The position numbers and the translations under genes were made by a program. From positions 29,726-93,725 of the IMG/VR virus record IMGVR_UViG_3300036820_000009: a DNA stretch of 64,000 bases; one strand, 5' to 3'. This DNA is from a virus. Below, one piece after another: positions 7,783 through 18,130 of the stretch. The notes under the pieces are model-generated. The model was not told where the DNA came from and did not search any database. It was given only the letters and a program-made list of their open reading frames with translations. Positions within the stretch are counted from its first letter, which is position 1, and each line of letters begins with the position of its first letter.

Positions 7783-10125
7783 CTAGCCCGCGTTGAGGAC
7801 AACTGTCCAGGTCACCGGGCCTGAATTATCATCGTTGGTCAGGTTGCTCCATGTCACCGAACCGGACACCGAACTATTGGCCGGGATGCCAACTTGCCCG
7901 GCCGCGAAAAAATACGAGACGCCGCCGGTGCTCCAATGATTCGCGACAACCTCCGTGTAACCGGTAAAGGCCGGCGTCGCCGTATTGTCGAGATCGGCCA
8001 AAAACGAAAGCGCGATCGCGAGCGCGGGCCCAACATGGGGAATCGCGATCGGAAACGTCAGTGTATTTGTACTTTCGGCGCCGACTCCCGCGAAATTCGT
8101 GGCGGCGATATCGATCCCGCCGCAGTTCGACACTTCCAACCCAATGACACCCAGCGATAATTGCGCATTGAATGCCCATGACGCGCCATCGCCGGTTTGC
8201 ACGGCGCGCGTCGCAACCGTCAGGTAGACGCCTTCGTACTGGCCGAGAAAGTACGGATTGACGCCCGCCGGAAACCAGGCCGGCTTAAGCGCGCTGCGGC
8301 TGTCGCTATCGGTAAAAATGAAAAACAACAGCGTATTGCCGACAGTGGGCGCGCTGCCGAAGTCAATCGTGGCGGGACTGCCGGTAAGTGCTTCCGCGCT
8401 TGTCGATTGCACGATTGCCGGCTGCACGCCGCCGCTGCCGCCACCGCCGCCGGCGCCGCCGCCGACCGGCCCCGGATCCTCCCATGCGACAATCGCGACC
8501 TGCGTGTTCGAGCCGCGCGAATAAATGGCGAGGATGCCGGGCGTCTCGAAATCGATTTGGCCCTGGCCATTGACGCCGGTGCTGATACCGGAAAACTGAA
8601 GCGTCAGCGCGCCGCGATTGGTCGAAGTCGGCGTCGTGCTGAAATTGATGTTCGGATGCACCATCAGCAAGCCGTCATTGCTGCCGGTTTCTTGCAGATA
8701 GGCGCTGACAACCGCGCGGATCGCGAGCGGCGAACAGTATCCATTGGTCGCGAAATAACCCGGTCCGTAAGGGCCGCCGCTGATCAGGGACGGCGATGCG
8801 ACTTGCGCGCCTTGCGATACCCAATGGCCATAGCGACCATGATATTGATTTTGGGTGAGCGTGCCGTCGTTATTGGTGAAGATCCATGACATCTGCGCGA
8901 AATACACAAACCCGCTCGGCAATGTCGGCGATGTCGGATTGGTCGATGCAAGGCCGGCGACCGTTTGCGTCGTGGGATTGTAGATGAAATATTCGTAATA
9001 GTTGGTGCCGCCGGTAACGCTGCCCTGATCGATACCGTTCGCGCCGGTGGTCGCGTAATTGATGGTGACGTTCGGATTTTGGATGCGAATGACATCGCCG
9101 AATGCGTCCTGCAAAATGACGACACTGGCGGTCAGCGTCCGTTCGCTGGTGGATGCGCTCGGATTGTTGGCGGTGAACCCGGCCGCGGTGCCCCCGATGG
9201 TCGCGACCGATTCGCCGGCGAACGCGGTGACCTGGAACGCCACGCCATCGCTATAGAATTCGCCGGCCTGGCCATTCTGGAACGCGATCGATTGAACGCC
9301 GATGCCTGGCGAGGTCGGACCGCCGAAAATGACGTTGGGCTGACTGGTCAGCGGATCGGTTTGGGTTTGGACGGTGGTGCCGTTCGAAGCGCGCGAATAG
9401 ATCGGAAACGACAGGCCGCTGCATTCCGATGCCGGCGGCAAGGTGAAGGTCACGCCGACGACGTCTTTCTGCGCGACGCCGGTATCGGTCGCCACCAATG
9501 TCGTATTGACCGATACCGCGACGAAATTCTGATCCTTGAGCGCGGTCACCAGGTATGGGTGCGAGATATCGACAAACGTGATGGCGGTTTGGCCCGCGGT
9601 CAGCGTGACGCGGAACAATTCGAAAGTCGTGGTATTGTTGGCCGCCGTCAGCGTCGGCACGATCACCAAGCTGTCGGTCGACAGCGCATAGGCGGTGAAC
9701 GGCACGAAATCCGGATCGTAGTCGGGATGGCCCGGCGGTGGTCCGATCACCTGATAGGGACTTTGCGCGATCTGCGCATAGCTCGCGATCGCATAGGCGG
9801 TGACCGAGCCCGAGCCCGGCACCAGCGACGTGAAATCGAGCGCGTAGGATTGCGAGTCCTGGCCGGTGAGCGTGCCATGCGCCTGCGCGAAGATCGCGCC
9901 CAGCTCGTAATCGCTTTGCGGGAAGAACACGCCGAACGGTGGGCCGGCCGCGATCGTGACCGTCAAGCTGGCGAACGTGAACCCGAGCCGATCGGCGCGA
10001 ATGAGGCCGGCCGCATTGCTGAGCGCGCCGGCGAGCGCGGTGATGTTGTCCGCGATCGCGGCCGCCGCGGCATTCAATGCGCCGTCGTTAAGATATTCCT
10101 TGCTCGCGAAGTTCGGATTTTCCAT
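7783..10125 (-). CDS. Tail fibre / receptor-binding protein
   Basis: Follows baseplate wedge genes; S/T/G-rich beta domains joined by a poly-Gly linker. Confidence 0.75.
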   Translation of the reverse strand: MENPNFASKEYLNDGALNAAAAAIADNITALAGALSNAAGLIRADRLGFTFASLTVTIAAGPPFGVFFPQSDYELGAIFAQAHGTLTGQDSQSYALDFTSLVPGSGSVTAYAIASYAQIAQSPYQVIGPPPGHPDYDPDFVPFTAYALSTDSLVIVPTLTAANNTTTFELFRVTLTAGQTAITFVDISHPYLVTALKDQNFVAVSVNTTLVATDTGVAQKDVVGVTFTLPPASECSGLSFPIYSRASNGTTVQTQTDPLTSQPNVIFGGPTSPGIGVQSIAFQNGQAGEFYSDGVAFQVTAFAGESVATIGGTAAGFTANNPSASTSERTLTASVVILQDAFGDVIRIQNPNVTINYATTGANGIDQGSVTGGTNYYEYFIYNPTTQTVAGLASTNPTSPTLPSGFVYFAQMSWIFTNNDGTLTQNQYHGRYGHWVSQGAQVASPSLISGGPYGPGYFATNGYCSPLAIRAVVSAYLQETGSNDGLLMVHPNINFSTTPTSTNRGALTLQFSGISTGVNGQGQIDFETPGILAIYSRGSNTQVAIVAWEDPGPVGGGAGGGGGSGGVQPAIVQSTSAEALTGSPATIDFGSAPTVGNTLLFFIFTDSDSRSALKPAWFPAGVNPYFLGQYEGVYLTVATRAVQTGDGASWAFNAQLSLGVIGLEVSNCGGIDIAATNFAGVGAESTNTLTFPIAIPHVGPALAIALSFLADLDNTATPAFTGYTEVVANHWSTGGVSYFFAAGQVGIPANSSVSGSVTWSNLTNDDNSGPVTWTVVLNAG

Positions 10126-10176
10126 GCATCTTCCCCGTGTTGCAAAGATAAACCCTGCCGCGCGGAAACGCCTATA

Positions 10177-10875
10177 TCACGGCCCGATCAGCGCCACGCC
10201 GGATGCCGCGAAACTCGGATTGAGCGTCGGGTCGATCAGGAATAGATCCGGCAAAAGCGGCTGCGCGTTATTCGTCGACGGCCCGATGCCGAGATCCTGC
10301 AAGGTGCCGCTGCCGCCCGCCAGGAACGCGCCGGCCGCGCGCGGCGCGTCGAGAAAATTGATGGTGGTCAGATAGGTGCCGGCGCCGCCGCCCGCGCCGC
10401 CGCCGCTTTCGACCAGTACCGTGAAAGGCACGCCGGCGGGCCGGACATACGCAATACTGAGAATCATCGCCACCAATTGCGGTGTCGTGACCACGGGCGG
10501 AAACAACAAGCTGTAGCCGACACCGGGAATATTTTCGGATATTTCCACCGTGATGCCGAAAACCACGCTGAGCCAGCGGATGATCTGCACCGGCGGGCCG
10601 CCGCTGACATTGACGGTATAGGCGATCTGGTTCGAATAATTGGCGTCGCGCTGATTCTGCTGGCGCGCGATGTTGAAGAGCAGGCCCCACGTATCGAGCC
10701 AGCCATATTGCGCCTGGCTGAAATCGGTGCCTTCGGCCGCGACGCCATCGGCCGCGATGCCGCCGCGCGTCAATGCCGACACCAGCGCATCGATGTATTG
10801 CAAAAACGGATTGCCCGGCCGGCGGAAGGTCGCGGGCAAATCGTTGAGAATGGTCTGGATCTGCTGAAAATTCAT
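10177..10875 (-). CDS. Baseplate wedge protein (P2 gpI-like)
   Basis: AQYGWLDTWG...R...RDANY and RPAGV motifs; follows the baseplate J gene. Confidence 0.75.
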   Translation of the reverse strand: MNFQQIQTILNDLPATFRRPGNPFLQYIDALVSALTRGGIAADGVAAEGTDFSQAQYGWLDTWGLLFNIARQQNQRDANYSNQIAYTVNVSGGPPVQIIRWLSVVFGITVEISENIPGVGYSLLFPPVVTTPQLVAMILSIAYVRPAGVPFTVLVESGGGAGGGAGTYLTTINFLDAPRAAGAFLAGGSGTLQDLGIGPSTNNAQPLLPDLFLIDPTLNPSFAASGVALIGP

Positions 10876-10880
10876 GTCGA

Positions 10881-12074
10881 TTATCCGTTGTTGAGGCTAA
10901 TCGACAGGCTATTGAGCAGCACCCGGCTGATAGGCATCGGTTGCAGCAGCACCAAGGGATCGGTGGTGCCAGACGCATAGAGCGACACCGCGAGACTCGA
11001 CAGCAGGCCTTGCGCGGAATTGCCGACCACCGCCGCGATCTGGGCTTGCTCGGCGGGCGTGCCGAACGGCAGCGAAAAATAGCCCGATACCGCCTGCACC
11101 ATCGCGCCCGATACGACAGATTCGGTCGTAACCGAAATCGTGGTGCCGGAAATCGCGACGTCGGCATAGATCGGCGATACCGGGAACACGCCGTAGGGCA
11201 CGCCGGCATCGCGGTATTGTACGATGCCCGAGGCCGCGTCGGTGGATCCCGACACGGTCGGCCCGAGCTTCTGGATCACGGCCGCGATCAAGCCCGAGGT
11301 CGCGGCGCCTTGCCCGTTATCGATGTAGAGCTGCCAGCCCGCGGTGCCGCTGGCTTCGCCCGAGCCCGCCGCGATCCACGGTTCGAATAGCGTCGAGAAC
11401 ATGACGCGCTCGCCGGTATCGGGATCGGTAACGCCGATCGCGGCATTGGCGATCGCGACCGGCGAGGAAGCCGGCAGCGCCGCCACCGTCGATGCGAAGC
11501 GGGACAAGGTTTCCGACAGGGTTTCGGCATCGGCGCCGCCGCTGAGCGCCGCGGTATTGGTGACGAAAAGCGGATAGGGAATGCCGGTGACCAGCGTATT
11601 GACCGCGCCCGGCGGCACGTTGGTCGCGACGCCGGTTTTGACCGCGACGACGGGAATGGTCACGCTGCTCGATCCCGCCGCCAGCAATGCCGCTTGCGTG
11701 GTGACGAATTGAATGCCGCCGCTGGTCTGGACAATCGTATTTTGCGGGATCGTCACGTTTTGCGTCGCCGGCGGCGGCGTCGGCAGCAGGCTGGTCATGA
11801 ACGTGACCAAGCCGCTGGCGCCATTGCCCTGATTCGCGACGATCTGGAACAACGCCATGGCGCCATAGACCATGCCCTGGAACACCAGCGCGCGGGTCCA
11901 GATGCCTTGCGTTTCGGTCGCCGCGCCGACACTTTCCGCCCAGGTGCGGATCTGCGAGCCCGAATTGTAATCGGTGGTCACGCCGCTCAAGGCCGCCATG
12001 CTGGCCAGCAACGTCGCCGCGGTATCCTGCGTGGTCGGCGGCGCCGCGATCGTCGGTTCGTTGGTTATCGACAT
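10881..12074 (-). CDS. Baseplate J-like protein
   Basis: TDYNSGSQIRTWAESV, ASGLVTF, GVATNV, GGADAET motifs. Confidence 0.88.
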   Translation of the reverse strand: MSITNEPTIAAPPTTQDTAATLLASMAALSGVTTDYNSGSQIRTWAESVGAATETQGIWTRALVFQGMVYGAMALFQIVANQGNGASGLVTFMTSLLPTPPPATQNVTIPQNTIVQTSGGIQFVTTQAALLAAGSSSVTIPVVAVKTGVATNVPPGAVNTLVTGIPYPLFVTNTAALSGGADAETLSETLSRFASTVAALPASSPVAIANAAIGVTDPDTGERVMFSTLFEPWIAAGSGEASGTAGWQLYIDNGQGAATSGLIAAVIQKLGPTVSGSTDAASGIVQYRDAGVPYGVFPVSPIYADVAISGTTISVTTESVVSGAMVQAVSGYFSLPFGTPAEQAQIAAVVGNSAQGLLSSLAVSLYASGTTDPLVLLQPMPISRVLLNSLSISLNNG

Positions 12075-12083
12075 GGCATCTCT

Positions 12084-13517
12084 CTATGGCAGCGGACTGA
12101 TCACTTCGTTGATTTCTGTGGGCAGCGCGCCGAAGCCCGCCGGCAACACGGTGCCCTGGAACGCCACCTTGCCATTGGATTGGAGCGCCGCGACCGCGGC
12201 GAGGATTTTCGACACGCGCGGATCCGAAAACAGGGCGCTCTTGCCGAACGCGGCGATGCGCTGCGGCGTCTGCGTTGCCTGCACCGCGCCGACCTGCGGC
12301 GGAATGCGGCTGCCGTAATCGGGATGATAGATCAGCGCGGACAAGGTGGTTTGCAGCCGCCGGCCCAACGCCCAAGCCAGATTGTTGTAGCCCGAAATCA
12401 CCTGGAAATCGCCGCTCCAAACCGGCATCGAGCCATTGATCGGGCCGACATAGACATCGGTGCCGAGAAAATTGATTTCATAGGAGGGCGGCAGCCCGGT
12501 CGCGGATTGTTGCGTGCCCGGCGACGGCAGAATGAGCTGCGTGCCCCAACCCGCGATACCCGACACGCTGAGCGGTCCGGTATAAGGCGGCGTCAGATTG
12601 TTGAGCGTCGCGATTTCGGTCCACAGCTCGAAATTGCCGAGCGCGCGCGCGGCCACGTCCATCAGGCTTTCGCCGTTGCGCAGCGTCGTCAGGTTGACGA
12701 TGGTCGATTGCGGCTTGCGCAGGATCAGCAGGAAATTCTCGACCTGCGCGGCGAGACTGAGCATGGCATAGCGAATGCAGGCCGATTGCTGATTCTGATA
12801 GAGGAACGGCGGCGTGCTGATGATCGATGCCGACATGGTCATCGCCGGCAGCACCGCCAATTCGTTCCACAATCCGCTGACCGACAGCGCCGCGGCTGAA
12901 AACGGGCTCGACGTGATTTGCTGAAGAATATAGGTGGCGGCATTCGCGCATGCCGATTCGCGTGTCGCGAAATCGTAGAGCTGATTGGGCGATGCGCCCT
13001 GGAACGCGATGATGGCGTTCGCGATCGCCGTGAAATTGGTGGCGACGCCCGATGCATAGGCGATGAGGCTGGCGGCCGCGACGCCGCTCGGCGGCGTTTC
13101 ATAATTGAAGTTTTCGTAAAATGCCAACAAGCCCATGTCCGGCACGATCGGCGTGCCGCTGCCGATGGTTTGCGCCGCGCCTTGAAACGGCGGCTGCGGC
13201 AGCAGTGCATTGAGCGCCAGCGCCGCGGAGATGTAGCTGTCGGTGCGGCTGAGCAGCGTATAGAGCGATGCGGGATTGAGCGTCAGCGGCAGCGTTTGGA
13301 TTTCCTGCAATCCGTTCGCGGCCGAATTCCACGAATAGACCATATTGTTCGCATTGATCGCGTCGATGCCATTGAGCAGGCTTTCGAGCATCGCGTTCGA
13401 CATCGCGGTAACGGTCGCCGGATCGGTCGCGGCCGCCAATTGGTCCATGTAATAGGAAAGCGCCTGGTAGATCGTCTGCCAGATGGTGCCGGAATAGGAG
13501 CCGAAGACATTCTGCAT
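12084..13517 (-). CDS. Baseplate protein with LysM-like and gp25-like C-terminal domains
   Basis: GESLMDVAARALG...IATLNNL; SGYNNLAWAL.RRLQT...HPDYGS...DPRV. Confidence 0.7.
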   Translation of the reverse strand: MQNVFGSYSGTIWQTIYQALSYYMDQLAAATDPATVTAMSNAMLESLLNGIDAINANNMVYSWNSAANGLQEIQTLPLTLNPASLYTLLSRTDSYISAALALNALLPQPPFQGAAQTIGSGTPIVPDMGLLAFYENFNYETPPSGVAAASLIAYASGVATNFTAIANAIIAFQGASPNQLYDFATRESACANAATYILQQITSSPFSAAALSVSGLWNELAVLPAMTMSASIISTPPFLYQNQQSACIRYAMLSLAAQVENFLLILRKPQSTIVNLTTLRNGESLMDVAARALGNFELWTEIATLNNLTPPYTGPLSVSGIAGWGTQLILPSPGTQQSATGLPPSYEINFLGTDVYVGPINGSMPVWSGDFQVISGYNNLAWALGRRLQTTLSALIYHPDYGSRIPPQVGAVQATQTPQRIAAFGKSALFSDPRVSKILAAVAALQSNGKVAFQGTVLPAGFGALPTEINEVISPLP

Positions 13518-13522
13518 GGCGC

Positions 13523-14215
13523 TTACACCGCGAGCCCGATGGTCGCGAGGCCGCCAGGCGTGAATCCGGCATAGCTCGACAACGAGACATTGATGCTGGC
13601 CGACAGCGTCGCGGTGGCCTGGCTGGCGCCGATCGAGAAATCGGCCGCGATCGGATCCTGAAGCACGGTGACGGGCGGCGCCGCGAGATTCTGCACGCCA
13701 TAGAGCCGGAAATAATATTCGTAGAGCAGCGGCCGGCGTTCCGATTGGAAGATGCCCTGGCGGCCGATCGGCACTACCTGCCAGAATTCATTGGTGAAAT
13801 AGTCATAGAATTCGAGGGTGTAGAGCGGTTGATTCGATTGCGCCTGCGCGACATTGAGCTGCGCGTATTGCTCCACCAGGTTTTGAATCGCGAGTACCGA
13901 CTGCATGCCGGTCAGCGCGAACGCATCGGCCGAATGATATTGCCAGCCGGTGGTGCCCTCCAACGTATAGACCACCGGTTCGATGCCGTAGAAATCGATT
14001 AAGCGCTGCACGCCGTTTTGCTGCGCCGAGCCGGCGACCGAAAACGCATTGGCCTTCGACACGAATTCCTTGCGCACCGACGATGGCGTCAAGGGAAACG
14101 TATAGCTCGCGATCGGCGTGCCGCCGGAATTCGGCGCGATGATGGCCAGCCCATAAATCGGCTGCGTGAGATTCGGCAGCGGGATGGTGCTGAAGACTTG
14201 GTCGCCCGGCAGCAT
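13523..14215 (-). CDS. Baseplate/tail tube-initiator-type protein
   Basis: YTFPLTPSS, LEGTTGW, LEFYDY, RPLLYEY; position in baseplate block. Confidence 0.6.
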   Translation of the reverse strand: MLPGDQVFSTIPLPNLTQPIYGLAIIAPNSGGTPIASYTFPLTPSSVRKEFVSKANAFSVAGSAQQNGVQRLIDFYGIEPVVYTLEGTTGWQYHSADAFALTGMQSVLAIQNLVEQYAQLNVAQAQSNQPLYTLEFYDYFTNEFWQVVPIGRQGIFQSERRPLLYEYYFRLYGVQNLAAPPVTVLQDPIAADFSIGASQATATLSASINVSLSSYAGFTPGGLATIGLAV

Positions 14216-14218
14216 TTT

Positions 14219-14845
14219 CTAGAACCTTGGCGCCAAGAGAAACATGCCCTTGGTCGGATCCGTGGCCGGGCCGGCCGACCAGGGCGAAAATCCCGCCGGC
14301 GGTGCATTGGTGAACAGCGCGGTAGTGTCCTGCAATCGCGCGGTGAAAGAAGGATTTTGCGCCACCGCGCCAACGGCCATCAAAGTACCGTTTACCGCGA
14401 TCTGATTCGCGATGCTGATGCCACCGGTATTGGTGCTGGGATCGGCGGTGCCGCTGTTGTTCCAGTCGCCGGTATTGGCGCGCACCCATAACATCGCATG
14501 CGTGAAATCGATCGCCCAGCCGAACACTGTCGCGGCCGTGAACGTGTAAGTCTCGACGGTTATGCTGTTGCTGGCGAGTGCGCCATCCGCCTGGATCCCG
14601 ATGGCATTATAACCATTATGCGTAATGTTGCCCGACGTCGATGTGCCGGCGCCAAATCCGATCTCGACCGAATTGTAGCCGCTGAATCCCGAGCCGGTGT
14701 TCAACAGCTCGCAATACCAAAGCCCGCTACTGTGGATCGTGGCGCCCAGCGCAACATTGGTCCCTTCGCCGCTATTGCCGGCGATATTCGGCCCGTCGAT
14801 GCCGGGGTTGCCAAAAAGTGGCGTGGGGTTCCAGCCGCTTGTCAT
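14219..14845 (-). CDS. Virion protein with SPRY/lectin-like domain
   Basis: SGLWYCE, FGWAIDF...LWVR...W, PPAGFSPW motifs. Confidence 0.55.
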   Translation of the reverse strand: MTSGWNPTPLFGNPGIDGPNIAGNSGEGTNVALGATIHSSGLWYCELLNTGSGFSGYNSVEIGFGAGTSTSGNITHNGYNAIGIQADGALASNSITVETYTFTAATVFGWAIDFTHAMLWVRANTGDWNNSGTADPSTNTGGISIANQIAVNGTLMAVGAVAQNPSFTARLQDTTALFTNAPPAGFSPWSAGPATDPTKGMFLLAPRF

Positions 14846-14848
14846 CGA

Positions 14849-16108
14849 TCAATAGCCGCGGCTATACGCCAAGAGACACCATTTGCTCAAATCGGCGCTG
14901 TATTGGACCATGACATAATCGACCAGATTGGCGCCGGTCGACGCGGTGAAACTGGTGACATCGGTGCCGAACGCGACGGAACTGTCAAACGCCACGGTGC
15001 GCGAACCGGTCGCATCCTGGATTAATTCGAGCAGCGCGATTTGACCATTGGTGCCGGCATCGAGCGTGAAGGTGACATTGCTTTCGAGCGTAATGGCGTA
15101 TTTGCCGACATCGGCCGCCATGGCCAGCGTTTCCGTGCTGCCGCTTACGGTAAGGGCGCTGACCACCGGCACCGCGTTCGGTGTCAGCGTCGCGGCGCTC
15201 GAACTGCCGCCAACCGTCATGTTCGTCGCGGTGATCTTGGTGACGCCGGTCAGATTATGCGTGCCATCGGTCAATTCGAGTGGCGCGCCGGCACCGCTCA
15301 CCGACAGAATGCCGCCGCTCACCGTGATCGTGCTGTTATCGGGCTGCACCAGGCCGGCCGCGCCGCTGGTGGCGAGCTGCACCGCTGGCGCCGCATCGGA
15401 AGGCATATAGGTCGCGGCCGTGCCATTGATCGCGACCGGGCCCGCCACGGCGGTCGGCACGCCGCTCGCCGCGCCCGCGCCGTCGCTCGCCGCGGTGATC
15501 TGCCCCTTGGCATTGACGGTGATGTTGGCGCTGACGAAGGTGCCGACATCGCTATTGACGGTATAGAGTGTGACCGCGCCGTCCGGCGCCAAGGTAGCAT
15601 CGCCGGACACGGTCACGCCGAGTGGCGCGCCCGATACTTGGCCAACGAGGATCTGGCCGCTGCCCAGCGCCGCGCCCGCCGGCGACGACGTGCTGTTCGA
15701 AATCACGACATCGTCGGTGGCGGGCCATACCACGCCGCCGCTGCCGCCGGCGACCGCGGAAATGATGCCGCCTTCGGAAATGGTGATGGTCGAGCCATCG
15801 GGCTGCACCAGGCCGGCCTGACCGATCGATGCGATCTGCACCGCCGGCGCCGCGTCGGAAGGCATATAGGTCGCGGCCGTGCCATTGATCGCGACCGGGC
15901 CCGCCACGGCGGTCGGATCGGCGCCGACCGGAATATCGGCCTGCATCGCGATTTGCACGCCGCCCGAGGTCACGCCGTCGAAAATCCACATCTTGCCGGT
16001 ATCGGTGACATAGACCGGCACATAGCTGATGCCGCCGGGCTGCGTCAGCGTCGCGCGCACCGCATCGGTCACGGAATTGATGCCGAGGATGTTGGGCGAG
16101 TCGGTCAT
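14849..16108 (-). CDS. Fibre-like virion protein with internal duplication
   Basis: SGDATLAPDG and ITVNAKGQITAA repeats; C-terminal LIQDATGSRTV domain. Confidence 0.65.
   Translation of the reverse strand: MTDSPNILGINSVTDAVRATLTQPGGISYVPVYVTDTGKMWIFDGVTSGGVQIAMQADIPVGADPTAVAGPVAINGTAATYMPSDAAPAVQIASIGQAGLVQPDGSTITISEGGIISAVAGGSGGVVWPATDDVVISNSTSSPAGAALGSGQILVGQVSGAPLGVTVSGDATLAPDGAVTLYTVNSDVGTFVSANITVNAKGQITAASDGAGAASGVPTAVAGPVAINGTAATYMPSDAAPAVQLATSGAAGLVQPDNSTITVSGGILSVSGAGAPLELTDGTHNLTGVTKITATNMTVGGSSSAATLTPNAVPVVSALTVSGSTETLAMAADVGKYAITLESNVTFTLDAGTNGQIALLELIQDATGSRTVAFDSSVAFGTDVTSFTASTGANLVDYVMVQYSADLSKWCLLAYSRGY
15379..15916. repeat. ~79-bp direct repeat pair (15379-15457 and 15838-15916)
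   Basis: Near-identical copies (2 mismatches seen) encoding PTAVAGPVAINGTAATYMPSDAAPAV, 459 bp apart, in frame. Confidence 0.85.
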
Positions 16109-18084
16109 GACAACACTCCAAGCCGCATGGTTTCGATCGGTGCCGGGCCCAATCCACCGCAGGGGAAAACGCCGCTCGCCGGCAAATCGTCAAGACTGCC
16201 GAGACTTAGATTGCCGCGCGCGAAATACGGAATCATCATGAACGGACTGGTGCTAAACATGAGCTGGAGGCTCGATCCGCTGCCCAGGATCTCGACCAGC
16301 GAATCGTTGAGGCTGGTCACGCCATAGAGCGTGTCGTCGAGCCACAACAGCCGCGACAGGCCGATTGGCGTCCCTTGCGGCTGCCCCGAGAATTGAGGAA
16401 TTTGGCCGGTGCCGCTCGCCAGCACGCCGCTGGCCGGATTGATCGTGTAGAGCGTGTTCATGAACGTGGCGACGCTGATATTGCCGGACGGATCCCATGC
16501 CATCGCTTCCGGCAACTGGCCGGCCGCGAGCGTCTGCGTGGTCCATCCGCTGCCCTGATAGATCGATACCAGGCCGAGCCGCGCCGGTTCCAATTGATAG
16601 GGCGACGTGAACTGGAATTCGAAGGTTTCGCTGGCGCTCGACACCAGCAGATAGGGCAGCGCGAACGCCATCGCGGTCATCGCCGCGGAAATCGATTTGG
16701 CGGTTGCCGGCACGAACCCGACGCCGGTCACGTTCGGCTGATAGACATTGATCGTTTCATCGCCGGCGATGACGAGCTGGCCCTGGATCCAGGCGACGCC
16801 CGACGCGATGCCGCTGAAGCTACCGGTGGCGATCAGCGCCGCGTCGCCCATCATGGCGTAATAGCCGAGCGCGCCGCTGGTGCCGACCGCATAGAGATTT
16901 TCGTTCGGATCGACCGCGAACGCGGCGGGCACGAACGGCAGCGCGATGGTGCCGCCCAGCACCCAGCCGCTCGCGCCGAGATCGATGAACGCGACGCCGC
17001 CGGAATAGCCCGCCACCATCTGCGTCGCGGTCAACGGAAACAGGCTGGCGACGCCGGTCAGCGGAATGATGGCGCCGCTTGTCCACAGCGTCGTGTTGTC
17101 GAATACCGTGATCTGATTCAGCGACGGTTGCGCCACCAGCGCATAGTCCGACGACGGCGCGATCGCGATCGGGCCGGCGCCGGACAGCGGAATGGTCTGC
17201 GCCAGCGCCAGGATCGTGGTGATGTAGCTCGCGACATAGACGTTGCCCGATGCCGGATCCGACACCAGCAGCCCGAGCCCGTTCGGAATCCAGGCCACCT
17301 GGTCGGGACCGCCGAGGCCCGATAGCGATTGGTTGAGCGACCAGCCGCCGCCGGACGCGGGCACCCAAAGCCCGAGCAGCCCGGATGCCGGCGTCACGGT
17401 GCCGAGCAAGGTGGCGCCGGCATTCGGCGCCATCGCCGCGAATCCCGAGCCGATGGTATAGACGCTCCAACCGCCGACCGCGACCGCGCCCGAGGTCGCT
17501 GCGAGACAGAACGGATGGGCCATCGGCGTGGCGATCATGCCGGACGTGCCGCTGGTGGCGCTCGACAGCGCGAACGTGCCGAGCCCCGATACCGCCGGCA
17601 ACAGCGTGAACAGCGTGGTGCCGGACGCGTCGAGCCCAAACGCCGGCGCCGAACCGAATGCCGGCGCCGGCGCGACCGCGGCGATCGCGGCGCCGCTCAC
17701 GGTGTAGAGATCGGCCTTCGAATTGACGATGTAGGGCTCGGCATAGCCGCTGACGAAAGCCAGGCCGTTAAAAGCCGCGCCAGAGCCACCAGGAAGCGCG
17801 TAGGAGAGGAAGCCGCCGCTCGCCGCATACTTGACCAGCGCGTCGACATGCTGGCTGAAATAGACGTTCCCCGACGCGTCCGCGCCCGCCGTCGAAAACC
17901 CGCCCGACACCGCGCCGGACGGATTGAGCGGCAGTCCCGACACACCGGTTTGGATCAGCACGCCATCCTGGAGCAACCAGGCATCGATATCGTACCAGGC
18001 CGGCACGAACGGCGCGCCGCTGAACGCGGTCAGCGCCATCGCCTGAAGATCGATGTTGGGCGTCGGACGAAAGAAAATCGACAT
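16105..18084 (-). CDS. Putative beta-propeller virion/baseplate protein
   Basis: 659 aa, repeated blade-like segments, within tail block. Confidence 0.55.
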   Translation of the reverse strand: MSIFFRPTPNIDLQAMALTAFSGAPFVPAWYDIDAWLLQDGVLIQTGVSGLPLNPSGAVSGGFSTAGADASGNVYFSQHVDALVKYAASGGFLSYALPGGSGAAFNGLAFVSGYAEPYIVNSKADLYTVSGAAIAAVAPAPAFGSAPAFGLDASGTTLFTLLPAVSGLGTFALSSATSGTSGMIATPMAHPFCLAATSGAVAVGGWSVYTIGSGFAAMAPNAGATLLGTVTPASGLLGLWVPASGGGWSLNQSLSGLGGPDQVAWIPNGLGLLVSDPASGNVYVASYITTILALAQTIPLSGAGPIAIAPSSDYALVAQPSLNQITVFDNTTLWTSGAIIPLTGVASLFPLTATQMVAGYSGGVAFIDLGASGWVLGGTIALPFVPAAFAVDPNENLYAVGTSGALGYYAMMGDAALIATGSFSGIASGVAWIQGQLVIAGDETINVYQPNVTGVGFVPATAKSISAAMTAMAFALPYLLVSSASETFEFQFTSPYQLEPARLGLVSIYQGSGWTTQTLAAGQLPEAMAWDPSGNISVATFMNTLYTINPASGVLASGTGQIPQFSGQPQGTPIGLSRLLWLDDTLYGVTSLNDSLVEILGSGSSLQLMFSTSPFMMIPYFARGNLSLGSLDDLPASGVFPCGGLGPAPIETMRLGVLS

Positions 18085-18130
18085 CGCGCGCGATCATATC
18101 GCGGCTATCCGGGATTACCGATCACAGCGC

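Noticed and set aside
15379-15916. Diversity-generating retroelement TR/VR pair
   Set aside because: Both copies are within one ORF with only a couple of synonymous differences, and no reverse transcriptase is in the window
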